From Deltaproteobacteria bacterium (GTDB lineage: Bacteria; UBA10199; JACPAL01; JAHFST01): a DNA stretch of 64,000 bases. Location: the NCBI GenBank assembly GCA_023265625.1, contig JAHFST010000014.1, forward strand, positions 8,005-72,004, read 5' to 3'. Made by a program: the position numbers and the translations under genes. This document shows, piece by piece, positions 19,794 through 29,600 of this stretch. The notes beneath the pieces are model-generated. The model saw nothing but the letters and a program-made list of their open reading frames with translations, did not search any database and was not told the origin of the DNA. The first letter of the stretch is position 1; every line of letters starts with the position of its first letter.

Positions 19794-20270
19794 ATGAATT
19801 TTAAGAATTTTAAGAAGATCACGAATCAATCCGGCATGACCCTGATCGAAATCATGGTGGTCATCACCATCTTGGGCATGATCGCGACCATTGTGACGGT
19901 CAACGTTTTGGGGCGGCTCGATCAGGCAAAGGTGAGCGCGGCCAAGACCCAGATCAAAAATATTGAAACCGCCCTCGATGAGTTTCGCAGAGATAATGGT
20001 TTTTACCCCTCCACGGAGCAGGGATTGATGGCCCTCGTGAAGAAGCCGAGCTCAGGTCGTGTCCCAAAAACTTACCCGAAGGGCGGTTATTTGAAGGGTA
20101 ATAATGTTCCCAAGGATCCTTGGAGTTGTGAGTTTGCTTACACCTCCCAGGGGGAGGGGGATCAGCCCTATGAGATTATGTCTTATGGTGCCGACTGCGA
20201 AGAAGGGGGCGAGGATGCGAATGCCGATATCCGCAGTTCGGAGATTGGGGTCGAGAAGCAGTCGGAGTGA
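19794..20270 (+). CDS. gspG: major pseudopilin GspG
   Basis: Prepilin leader ending G|MTLIEIMVV, conserved LDEFRRDNGFYPSTEQGL. Confidence 0.9.
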   Translation: MNFKNFKKITNQSGMTLIEIMVVITILGMIATIVTVNVLGRLDQAKVSAAKTQIKNIETALDEFRRDNGFYPSTEQGLMALVKKPSSGRVPKTYPKGGYLKGNNVPKDPWSCEFAYTSQGEGDQPYEIMSYGADCEEGGEDANADIRSSEIGVEKQSE

Positions 20271-20856
20271 GTCTGGCATTACCCTCATTGAGCTCATGGT
20301 CGCCATCACCATTATTGGGGTGATGTTCGGGGTGGCGGCTAGCGGGTTGCGTCGTTTTACCAGTGCCAATCTAAAAGACAGTTCCAGCCATTTAGGCGCG
20401 ATGTTGCGTTATCTTTCCAACAAAGCGGTGACGGACAACGTTTACCTTCGTGTCGTCTATGATCTGGAAGGCGGCAACTATTGGGTGGAGGAGAGTTCGG
20501 AGAAGTTTCTGATTCAGAAGGAATCCGAGGGTGTGAAAAAAGGGCAGAAGGATGAAGGTGATGAGGCCGAAGAAGACCATGCCAAGGAATTATTTCAAAA
20601 GTCAGATTCCAAGTTGTTAAAAAGCACTAAACTGTTGTCCGGGGTTCGGTTCAAAGACGTTTATGTGGATTATCTTGGTCAGAAGGTGGAGCAAAGCCAA
20701 GCCTACACCTATTTTTTCCCAGATGGTTATGCTACGGGGACCATTATTCACCTGCAAGAGGAGGAGGATGCCGATAATGTTTTTTCGATTGCCCTCTCCG
20801 CGCTTTCCGGTCGTGTTCGAGTGGTTTCGGAATACCTGGAGCCGCAGGGTTCTTAG
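20215..20856 (+). CDS. gspH: minor pseudopilin GspH
   Basis: Prepilin-type SESG|ITLIELMVAITIIG. Start uncertain (ATG 20215/20221 or TTG 20245). Confidence 0.6.
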   Translation: MRMPISAVRRLGSRSSRSESGITLIELMVAITIIGVMFGVAASGLRRFTSANLKDSSSHLGAMLRYLSNKAVTDNVYLRVVYDLEGGNYWVEESSEKFLIQKESEGVKKGQKDEGDEAEEDHAKELFQKSDSKLLKSTKLLSGVRFKDVYVDYLGQKVEQSQAYTYFFPDGYATGTIIHLQEEEDADNVFSIALSALSGRVRVVSEYLEPQGS

Positions 20857-21331
20857 GGCAGAAGCGGGTTTTAATCTGCTCGAGGTCATGATCGCCATTG
20901 CCATCCTGGCGGTCTCTTTGATGGCCTTGTTCAATTTTGAAAGTACGTCCCTGCTGGCCTCTTCCCGCGCCCAACGCACTTCTACCGCCACTCAGCTGGC
21001 CCGTCTCAAGATGGCCGAGGTCATTTTAGATTTGGAAAATAAGATAAAAAAAGGAGAGTTTCCCGAGGAACGGGAAGAATCCGGAACTTTTGATGGGGAA
21101 GATTTTTCAGATTATCGTTGGAAACTCGTGGTGAAAAAAGTGGAGATCCCGCCCCCGCCCGCCAAGGAAGGTCAGGCCGACATGATGGCGCAAGTTTTTT
21201 CCATGGTCTCGGAACAATTGTCAAAACTGTCGCGGGAAGTGCGCCTGACGGTTTCCTGGATGGAGTTTGATGAGGAGGTGGATGGGATGACTTTGGTGAC
21301 CCATGTTGTCAATACGCAGGGAGGGTTTTGA
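20777..21331 (+). CDS. gspI: minor pseudopilin GspI
   Basis: AEAG|FNLLEVMIAIAILAV prepilin motif. Start uncertain (ATG 20777 or GTG 20813). Confidence 0.6.
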   Translation: MFFRLPSPRFPVVFEWFRNTWSRRVLRAEAGFNLLEVMIAIAILAVSLMALFNFESTSLLASSRAQRTSTATQLARLKMAEVILDLENKIKKGEFPEEREESGTFDGEDFSDYRWKLVVKKVEIPPPPAKEGQADMMAQVFSMVSEQLSKLSREVRLTVSWMEFDEEVDGMTLVTHVVNTQGGF

Positions 21332-22053
21332 GAATCTTCTCTAAAAGGGCCGGCTTTACCCTAATCGAAGTGTTGGTCTCCGTGACCCTTTTGGCCATCA
21401 TTGCCATGCTGGTCTGGCAGGCGATGGGGAGTACCGTCAAGTCAAAGGCCCGTTTTGAGGGGCAGGATGAGGCCTTTCGTAGCGCCAGTTTGGCCTTGGA
21501 TCGGGTCTCTCGCGATCTGCAGATGTCCTTTCTCTTTTCCAATCTGGAGCTGTTGGGAGTTACCTCCAATGGGGAACAGGTGACAAAAAATGCCTTTATT
21601 GGCAGCGATCAAGGGAGCCTTGACAAGGTGACCTTCGTGACCTTTGGGCACGTGCGTTACCTGCGTGACAGCAAGGAATCGGACCAGGCGGAGGTCAGTT
21701 ATTTTGTGGAGTCCGGTGGCGCCGAAGAGTCAAACGACGAGGAAAACACGAGTAGCCCGGAAGGGCAGATCCTCAAAAAACGTGAGTCCTCGCCACCCGA
21801 TGCCCAACCGGAGGAGGGGGGGAAGATCAGCATCTTGTTGGACGGGGTGAAGGAGTTTAACCTCCGTTACTACGATGCGGAGAAGGGGGAGTATGTGGAT
21901 GCCTGGGATTCGACGGGTGTGGATCGGTTGAACAAGTTGCCACGGGCCGTGGAGATTACCTTGGGAGTTCAGAGTCCCGTGGATGAAGATCAGGTGTTGA
22001 AATTTAAAACCGTGGTGTTGCTCGAAATGGCCCCGGGGCCGAACGATTTTTAG
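21328..22053 (+). CDS. gspJ: minor pseudopilin GspJ
   Basis: MRIFSKRAG|FTLIEVLVSV. ATGA-type overlap with gspI. Confidence 0.65.
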   Translation: MRIFSKRAGFTLIEVLVSVTLLAIIAMLVWQAMGSTVKSKARFEGQDEAFRSASLALDRVSRDLQMSFLFSNLELLGVTSNGEQVTKNAFIGSDQGSLDKVTFVTFGHVRYLRDSKESDQAEVSYFVESGGAEESNDEENTSSPEGQILKKRESSPPDAQPEEGGKISILLDGVKEFNLRYYDAEKGEYVDAWDSTGVDRLNKLPRAVEITLGVQSPVDEDQVLKFKTVVLLEMAPGPNDF

Positions 22054-22055
22054 CC

Positions 22056-23366
22056 ATGATAAAAAAAATCAAAAATCAGTCCGGAGTCGCCCTCATCTTG
22101 GTCATGACCTCCCTCCTGATCTTGACCACCCTGGTGGTTGATTTTGCGTACAGTACGCATGTTGCCTCCGAAGTGGCGGCCAGTCAGCGAGATCGGCTCA
22201 AGGCTTATTATCTGGCCCGTTCCGGGCTTAATTTTCTTAAACTGCAATTGTTTGTTGAAAAGAAACTGCGGAGCCAATTTGCCAGCATGTTGCAACAGAT
22301 GCAGGGATCGGGGGTGACGTCGGCCCCCCTATGCTCTCAGATCCCGCTCTCCAGCGGTTTGCTTCGTCAAGTCGCGGCTGGGGACGATCCCTTTGCATCG
22401 AAGGATGAGCCGAAGCCGGAAGGGGAAGATCAGGCGGATAAAAAATCTGCTAAGAAAAAAGAGACCAAATCGGCTGGCGCGAACGATACCTTTGAAGGGT
22501 TATCCCATTCGGATTCGGAATTTCTCCAGTTTGACGGGGATTTTGAGGGTAATTGCCAGACCGAGGAAACCAAGATGAATCTGAACTTATTTCGCGTGCC
22601 GCCCGCGGCGGTTCCAGCTCAAGGTGCCGGGGCGACGGCTATTCCCGCACCGGTGACGGCCGGCATGCAACAATATGAGGAACAGAAAAATTTCCTATTG
22701 GCCCTGTTGAGTCAGCCGCAATTTGATTTTTTGGCCACGGAGGATCGTAAGAAATTAGTCAACGCCATCGCCGACTGGGTGGATGCCAATGACCGCATCA
22801 ATGAATCACCCGGTGTGGAAGGGGCCCTGGAAGAATCGGAATATAATGGTTCCGACATCAAATATAAGGTGAAAAATGGTCGCTTCGCCAGCTTGCAGGA
22901 ACTCCTATTGGTGGCGGGTATGACGGATGATATTTTTGAGGCCATGAAGGATTCAGTGACGGTGTATGGCGATCAAAAAATCAATCTTTGTCAGGCCACC
23001 GACCAAACGGTTCGGGCCTTCGTGTTAAAATTTGTGCAATCTTCCGCCGGGGCCATTGTCTTGGACCCGAAGGACGAGCAACGCTGGACTATTATTGCCA
23101 CGGCGTTGAAATTGATTTGTGAGCAGGCCAATCCCCAGCCTAATCAGGTGGCGGCGGCGATTGCCACGGCCCTTGGCCAGGGGACGGAAGGAGGGGCGCA
23201 AGGACTGGCGGGTCGGATGGCCAGTCAGATCACAACCACGAATCGGTTTTTTCGTTTGGAAGGGACGGGATCTGTTAACCAAGCCACCGTACGGATTCAG
23301 GCGGTGGTGGATACGGCAAGCTCCAACCCAACAGCTTGGAAAACCCTTTATTTTCAAGTGGAATAA
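22056..23366 (+). CDS. gspK: minor pseudopilin GspK
   Basis: QSGVALILVMTSLLIL (no Glu5, typical of GspK), 436 aa, operon position. Confidence 0.7.
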   Translation: MIKKIKNQSGVALILVMTSLLILTTLVVDFAYSTHVASEVAASQRDRLKAYYLARSGLNFLKLQLFVEKKLRSQFASMLQQMQGSGVTSAPLCSQIPLSSGLLRQVAAGDDPFASKDEPKPEGEDQADKKSAKKKETKSAGANDTFEGLSHSDSEFLQFDGDFEGNCQTEETKMNLNLFRVPPAAVPAQGAGATAIPAPVTAGMQQYEEQKNFLLALLSQPQFDFLATEDRKKLVNAIADWVDANDRINESPGVEGALEESEYNGSDIKYKVKNGRFASLQELLLVAGMTDDIFEAMKDSVTVYGDQKINLCQATDQTVRAFVLKFVQSSAGAIVLDPKDEQRWTIIATALKLICEQANPQPNQVAAAIATALGQGTEGGAQGLAGRMASQITTTNRFFRLEGTGSVNQATVRIQAVVDTASSNPTAWKTLYFQVE

Positions 23367-23382
23367 GCGTAAAAGGGGAGGT

Positions 23383-25011
23383 ATGTCACAGCGTATTCTG
23401 GGTGTCGATATTGGCAGTTATTCCATCAAAATTGCCGAGGTGGAGCAAAAATTTCGTCATTTTGAATTGGTGGGTTTTTACGAACAACCCTTGGTGGTCG
23501 TGGAAGGCCAGCCTTGGGAAGCGGCGATTTCCGCGGCGCTGATGAAGCTTAGCGAGGAGTACAACCTCCCAAAAGATCATATTTATGCCGCCCTCTCAGG
23601 CCAGGTGATGGCCTTTCGGCAGATCACGCTCCCTTTCGGTGATTTTAAAAAAATTGACACAACCATCGAGTTTGAGATGGAAAATTACGTCCCGTTGCCC
23701 TTGGACGAATTGCTGATTGATTATCAAATCCTTTTCTCCAGCAAGACACAGTCCAATATCTTGATTGGTTATACCCGTACCCGCGAAATGGTTCGGCTCA
23801 TGACGGCGTTTTCCGGGGCGGATCTCGACCCACGGTTTGTTGGGGCTGAGCCGATTGAAATGGCCCATTTGCTCAAATTAGGGATGATTCAACCCGAAGG
23901 GGCTTTTTGTTTGCTCGACATGGGGCATGAAAAAACGAATGTGATGATTTTTTCGGGACAACAATTGGCCTATGCGCGTTCGATTATGGTGGGAGGTCGT
24001 TGCCTGACTCAAGCGGTGGCCGAGGCCCTGAAGATCCCCCATTCCGAGGCGGAAAAAATGAAAACCGAATTAGGCGATGTGGGCAATGGGTCGGAGGATA
24101 TGGACGCGATGACCCAGCAAATTGCCAATGCGATCAAGGGCGCCCTGCAAAGTTTTATTATTCAATTGCGCCAAACATTACTTTCCTATCAGGAAAATCA
24201 AGGGCAGGCCGTTCAGGCGATCCTGCTCTGTGGCGGGACCAGCCGTCTGATTGGCATGGATCAATATCTTTCCAGCCAGGTGCGCATGAACGTCAGTTTT
24301 GCCGATTGTCTGGATGCCCCCTTTAACAAATTGGCCGATGCGACCTGGTGCCGGCCCGTGGTGCCGATGGCCCTTTGCTTGGCGTATCGTGGCGTTATCG
24401 GGGTGGGGCTGAAAGACATTCAATTTTGTCGCGGAGAATTTTCTTACAAGGGGGAGATGCGTGAAATTGGCGTGTGGGCCAAACAGGTTGCCGTGATGAT
24501 GGTGATCTCGGCCCTGTTTATTTTGGGGACCTTTTTTACCAGCTATTTTACCTTGCGGGGCCGGGTGAAGGCCCAACAAGCCAAGATTGCCGCCATTACA
24601 GCCACTATTTTACCCGATCTCCCGCCAAAAAGCCGGGCTAAAACCAGCACCGTTTTATCAGCCTTGGATGGCAAGATTTCCGAAATGAAGGACCGGCAAA
24701 AGAAGATGGAAGAGGAAGTGACACTTTCCGTGATGGAGGTGTTGAAGGGGATTTCTAGCACCATGCCGCCTCGGGAACAACTGACAATGGATATCAACGA
24801 ATTAACCTTGGTGTCAAAACGAGTGCGCTTGCAGGGAGACACCAATTCTTTTGAAGCCATCGATCTCATCAAAAACGGTTTGAGCCAGTCACCCCTGTTT
24901 AAAAATATTTCGACGGGAAATGTGCGCAAGGGACCCAAGGGTGAGGTGAAATTTGACATGTCTTTTGACCTCGTGGATGGAGAGGAAGGAGGGGAGTCTC
25001 GTGGCACTTAA
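23383..25011 (+). CDS. gspL: GspL (PilM-like actin-fold cytoplasmic domain + TM + periplasmic domain)
   Basis: ILGVDIGSYSIKIAEVE N-terminus, central TM (VAVMMVISALFILGTFF). GGAGG SD before ATG 23383. The ORF-track start at 23119 overlaps gspK. Confidence 0.7.
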   Translation: MSQRILGVDIGSYSIKIAEVEQKFRHFELVGFYEQPLVVVEGQPWEAAISAALMKLSEEYNLPKDHIYAALSGQVMAFRQITLPFGDFKKIDTTIEFEMENYVPLPLDELLIDYQILFSSKTQSNILIGYTRTREMVRLMTAFSGADLDPRFVGAEPIEMAHLLKLGMIQPEGAFCLLDMGHEKTNVMIFSGQQLAYARSIMVGGRCLTQAVAEALKIPHSEAEKMKTELGDVGNGSEDMDAMTQQIANAIKGALQSFIIQLRQTLLSYQENQGQAVQAILLCGGTSRLIGMDQYLSSQVRMNVSFADCLDAPFNKLADATWCRPVVPMALCLAYRGVIGVGLKDIQFCRGEFSYKGEMREIGVWAKQVAVMMVISALFILGTFFTSYFTLRGRVKAQQAKIAAITATILPDLPPKSRAKTSTVLSALDGKISEMKDRQKKMEEEVTLSVMEVLKGISSTMPPREQLTMDINELTLVSKRVRLQGDTNSFEAIDLIKNGLSQSPLFKNISTGNVRKGPKGEVKFDMSFDLVDGEEGGESRGT

Positions 25012-25585
25012 GACAAAATATTCGCCCTTACAAAAGATGTCACTGGAAAATGTTTTCAACGCGTATCAAGTGCTGTCTCCGCAAAATAAACTGGTGGCCA
25101 CGGCCATTGGCGGCATTGCGGTGCTTTGCTTGCTGTTATTTCCCTTAACGGTTATCTCGAGGCAGTTGAGCGCCTTGAAGAAGGACATTACCACTTCGCA
25201 AAAATCGTATCGCCAGGTTTCCGCCAAGGTGGAGGAGCTGGAACAGGTGAAGACCGATTTGGAGGCCTTGGAAGCGACCTTCAAAAAGGACAATGCCTCC
25301 CTGACCAGTAAAATCGAGGGGATGGCCCGGGATGCGGGATTGACGGTCAGCCAACTCAAGGAGAAGCCCGCCCAGGAGACTGATTTTTTGGAGATTAATA
25401 CCGTTGAGGTCAAGATCTCCCAGGCGGCCTTGCCGGAGTTGATGGATTTTTTCTACAAAATCGAGCATGCCCCCAATGGCCTGATGAGAATTCGGAAACT
25501 AGAATTGAAGACGCAACGGGCGAGCCGGCAGCATTTAGATGTTACTTTTGAGGTTGCCACCTTAGTCCTAAAGAAGGAAGCCTGA
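25001..25585 (+). CDS. gspM: GspM
   Basis: Single TM (LVATAIGGIAVLCLLLFPL), size and position. GTG 25001 has a GGAGGGGAG SD; ATG 25037 is an alternative start. Confidence 0.55.
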   Translation: MALKTKYSPLQKMSLENVFNAYQVLSPQNKLVATAIGGIAVLCLLLFPLTVISRQLSALKKDITTSQKSYRQVSAKVEELEQVKTDLEALEATFKKDNASLTSKIEGMARDAGLTVSQLKEKPAQETDFLEINTVEVKISQAALPELMDFFYKIEHAPNGLMRIRKLELKTQRASRQHLDVTFEVATLVLKKEA

Positions 25586-26490
25586 TGCCCCTGTGGCTTA
25601 AAGTCATTGTCTATCCGATTGTCGGGTTGTTGTTTCTAGTCTTTTTTTCGCTGCTGCTATTTCCATTCGATAGTCTCAAGGATCGCGGCATCCAAGAATT
25701 GCAGCATAGCTTGGGGGATGGTTACGATATTCAAATCAAGAGTGTGTCCTACCGCCCCTTGACGACGGTGTTGCTCAAGGGGGTGAAGATCGCCCTGAAG
25801 ACGGATGAAAAACAGGCGGTCAAGTTTGAGAAGGTGAAGTTGCACTTCAGTCCTGCCGCCTTGTTCAATAAGGAAGTTGCGTTAGACTTCGATCTCAAGG
25901 ATGAGAAAAGTCATGTCGAGGGGTCATTTCTGAACAATGCGGAGGTTTTAAAGATTGATTCCAGCCTGGAACATTTTGATTTGGCGATCGTGCGGTTTTT
26001 GTTGGATCGTTGGAAGATCCCGATCGAGGGGATTTTGTCAGGAACGATTGCGCTGGAATGGTATTGGGATAACCCGTTGAGAAATATGGGCCAGATGAGT
26101 TTACAGTGGGAGACCCTGCAGCTGGGGGCCATGCAAATCCCCGGGGCCATCGATCTGCCCGCCATGGCGTTGGTCTCGGAGGGCAAGGGGGATTCTAAGA
26201 TTGACCTGAAAATTAATCGGGCGAATTGGACGGTGGAAGACTTGGAGTTACATGGCACCGACCTCGATCTGACCCTGAATGGCAAGGTCTACGGGGCCAA
26301 GCAATTGGATAATTATCGGTTCAACCTGAGAGGCGATTTTAAGCTCGCCCCTGAATTGATCCAGAAGTTGCCGCTATTAGCCGTGATCGATGCCCAAAAG
26401 ACCGCAGAGGGGGTCTATCCCCTCACTGTGACCGGACGGTTGTCTAAGCCGAATATTCGGATTGGTGAGTTTAAGGTGCCGTTGTTCTAG
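25585..26490 (+). CDS. gspN: GspN-like protein
   Basis: N-terminal TM, about 300 aa, last gene of the gsp operon, TGATG coupling with gspM. Assignment is by position. Confidence 0.5.
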   Translation: MPLWLKVIVYPIVGLLFLVFFSLLLFPFDSLKDRGIQELQHSLGDGYDIQIKSVSYRPLTTVLLKGVKIALKTDEKQAVKFEKVKLHFSPAALFNKEVALDFDLKDEKSHVEGSFLNNAEVLKIDSSLEHFDLAIVRFLLDRWKIPIEGILSGTIALEWYWDNPLRNMGQMSLQWETLQLGAMQIPGAIDLPAMALVSEGKGDSKIDLKINRANWTVEDLELHGTDLDLTLNGKVYGAKQLDNYRFNLRGDFKLAPELIQKLPLLAVIDAQKTAEGVYPLTVTGRLSKPNIRIGEFKVPLF

Positions 26491-26517
26491 TAGGGGTTCA
26501 AAATTTTGAACCCCTAC
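26490..26517. repeat. perfect 28-nt palindrome GTAGGGGTTCAAAATTTTGAACCCCTAC at the end of the gsp operon
   Basis: Starts in the gspN stop codon. Shares GTAGGGG...CCCCTAC ends with the folC/ruv element. May act as a terminator, but no T-tract follows. Confidence 0.7.
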
Positions 26518-26609
26518 CCGGAGTCCGCGCATCCCACAATCTGAGGTCTAAAGTCCCCGGAAACCTGAATAATATTCATATAACTATCTAATATTAAACA
26601 ATATTTTAC

Positions 26610-26625
26610 AGGCACGATTCTTGCT
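26610..26625 (+). promoter_or_regulatory. sigma54 (-24/-12) promoter
   Basis: AGGCACGATTCTTGCT matches TGGCAC-N5-TTGCW at 14 of the 15 non-N positions tested (TGGCACG + TTGCW), with exact GG-N10-GC spacing. An AT-rich tract lies upstream. Confidence 0.7.
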
Positions 26626-26639
26626 CTATCTAAAGGATT

Positions 26640-29600
26640 GTGAGGCTCCCTCTTTTAACATTACTAACGCTGGCACTTTCTCTGGTGCTGTTTCCTGTCA
26701 AGGGTTGGAGCAATCCTCTGTGTGCTCCTGGGTCTCCCGGCTGTGTGGGCGGGACGACGGGGGGATTTACGACCGGAGGCCTTACGGGAGGGGGGACTCT
26801 CCCTGGTCCCTGTACAAATTTTGATATCAAGCAATGCACGCTGGGGGATCCCTGTAAGACGGCCACTTGTGTGGAATATGTTGATGCAAGTCATGCTAAG
26901 CAGGCGAAGTGTGGGCCTGTGACGGACTTGCCTGATCCTGAGAGTGGGTTGAAGACGGAATGTAATGACCGAGTTTGTGACTCGAACCAAGGTGGATGGG
27001 TCGATAAGCCTCTGGATGGCATTTCCTGCGATGACGGGGATTTGTGCAACGGGAAAGAGGTTTGTCAGGCTGGGAGTTGCCAGGCGGGAGCCAAGGTTGT
27101 TGTCCCAGCGTCAACCACTTGTCAGACGTTTAGTTGCGATACGGCCACTGGACTGGTTGTGAGCAAGAACAAGGCGGATGGGACTCCCATTGCCGATGAT
27201 GGGAATGTTTGCACGAATGACGTTTGCCAAGGGGGAAAAGAGATCCATCCGAATAAGGCCAACGGGACTATTTTAGGCGTTGATGGGAATGCCTGCACTC
27301 AGGATATCTGTCAAAATGGGAAGGCATACCCTGCGGTGAGCGATGGGACCAAGATTGCCGACGATGGCAATCTCTGTACAGACGATATTTGCAAGGCGGG
27401 GAAACCTGTTCATCCCGTATTGTCTGATGGCACTTTATGTAGTGATGGGGATGCCTGCAATGGGCCGGAGGTTTGTCAGTCCGGATTGTGCAAGGCAGGG
27501 ACTCCTCCAGTGAAGCCGCAGGATAGTTTATGCACGACCTATGTTTGCGACAAGATTACAGGTTATGTGGCTCAATCTAAAGCGGATGGAACCCCGATCG
27601 CGGATGATGGAAATAGTTGTACGAACGACATTTGCCAGGGGGGTAAAGAGACCCATCCGGCGACTGCCGATGGAACAAAGATCCCTGATGATGGCAATCC
27701 TTGCACCGTAGATCAATGCAAGGGGGGAAAAGGGGTTCATGAAGCCAATGACAGCCTGATTCCTTCGGATGATGGAAATGAATGCACCAATGATCTTTGT
27801 GTCGGTGGCCAGGCGGTGCATCCAAATAACAATAAAATTTTATCAAGCGACAATAATGTTTGTACAGACGATGTTTGTAAGGATGGCGTCAAATATCCTA
27901 CTAAGGCGGATGGAACTCCCATTGCTGATGACGGGAATATTTGTACGAACGACATTTGTCAGGCAGGTAAAGAGGCTCATCCGGCGATGGCCGATGGAAC
28001 AAAGATCCCTGATGATGGCAATCCTTGTACCGTAGATCAATGCAAGGGGGGAAAAGGGGTTCATGAAGCCAATGACAGCCTGATTCCTTCGGATGATGGA
28101 AATGAATGCACCAATGATCTTTGTGTCGGTGGCCAGGCGGTGCATCCAAATAACAATAAAATTTTATCAAGCGACAATAATGTTTGTACAGACGATGTTT
28201 GTAAGGATGGCGTCAAATATCCTACTAAGGCGGATGGAACTCCCATTGCTGATGACGGGAATATTTGTACGAACGACATTTGTCAGGCAGGTAAAGAGGC
28301 TCATCCGGCGATGGCCGATGGAACAAAGATCCCTGATGATGGCAATCCTTGTACCGTAGATCAATGCAAGGGGGGAAAAGGGGTTCATGAAGCCAATGAC
28401 AGCCTGATTCCTTCGGATGATGGAAATGAATGCACCAATGATCTTTGTGTCGGTGGCCAGGCGGTGCATCCAAATAACAATAAAATTTTATCAAGCGACA
28501 ATAATGTTTGTACAGACGATGTTTGTAAGGATGGCGTCAAATATCCTACTAAGGCGGATGGAACTCCCATTGCTGATGACGGGAATATTTGTACGAACGA
28601 CATTTGCCAGGGAGGTAAAGAATCTCATCCGGCGGTGGCCGATGGAACCGTCCTGGGTAATACGGACAGCAATATCTGTACCCAGGACCGGTGCATTAAT
28701 GGCCAAGCACAGCATGAGGTTATTCTAGCGGAAGATGACCACGATGCTTGCACGAAGGATCTTTGCGATCCCACCTTTGGGATGAAACATGAATTGATCG
28801 ACAAGAGCGAAATGGACGACAACAACGACTGCACGATCGATTATTGTGACAAAAACAACGGGGTGCAACATAAAGCTGTTGGCTCGAATGATGGTGATGC
28901 CTGCACGGTAGATACCTGTGATGCACAGGGGGGTGTCAAGCATGGCCCAGTAGACACGGATGATGGAGATCCATGTACCCTGGATTCTTGTGATCCGGCA
29001 ACCGGAGTCCAACACATCGCCATCGCTGATGAAGCTTGCGTTGCAAAACCGGCTTGTACGCCCATTGTTTGTCCGGCCGTTGTCCAGGCGGATGAGAATG
29101 GCAAGGCCATCTTGGCTTGCCAAATCAATTTCAATTTTGAATTTGCGGATGAGTTTCAATACGTCCAATACAAAGAAGGTATTTTTATTGATTGTAACCA
29201 AGACGCGTTATTTGCACAGGGAGATGATATTGATGGGTATACTGGGCAGTGCCAGTCGCACGTTACGTTTATCTCAAACCAGGCGACCCAGTTGAATATC
29301 CAGGCCTATGTGCGCAAATCAATCATTGGACAAGGTCCGATCACCTTTTGTCCCGCAGCGGTTACCGTGATGCCGCCCTTGCCGGCTTTCAAGGAACCTC
29401 CCCCTCCTCCTCCGATAACTCCCCCAACTCCTGTGAAAGATCCCCAGACACCCCCGAAGGATTCCCCGATTATTCCGGAACCTATTGCGGATCATAAAAC
29501 AGACGCGGATCCAATTGTAACCGCTCCTGTTGAGAATCCTATTCCCCAAGATAAAATTCCGACTCCTGTGGCACAGCCAGTTGACACCAATCCTTCCTCT

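Noticed and set aside
27528-28715. Sets of identical small ORFs on both strands repeating every 324 nt; possible CRISPR-like periodicity
   Set aside because: The period is 324 nt, with no unique spacers. The repeats lie entirely within one long, well-supported coding frame. The small ORFs are shadows of the tandem coding repeat.
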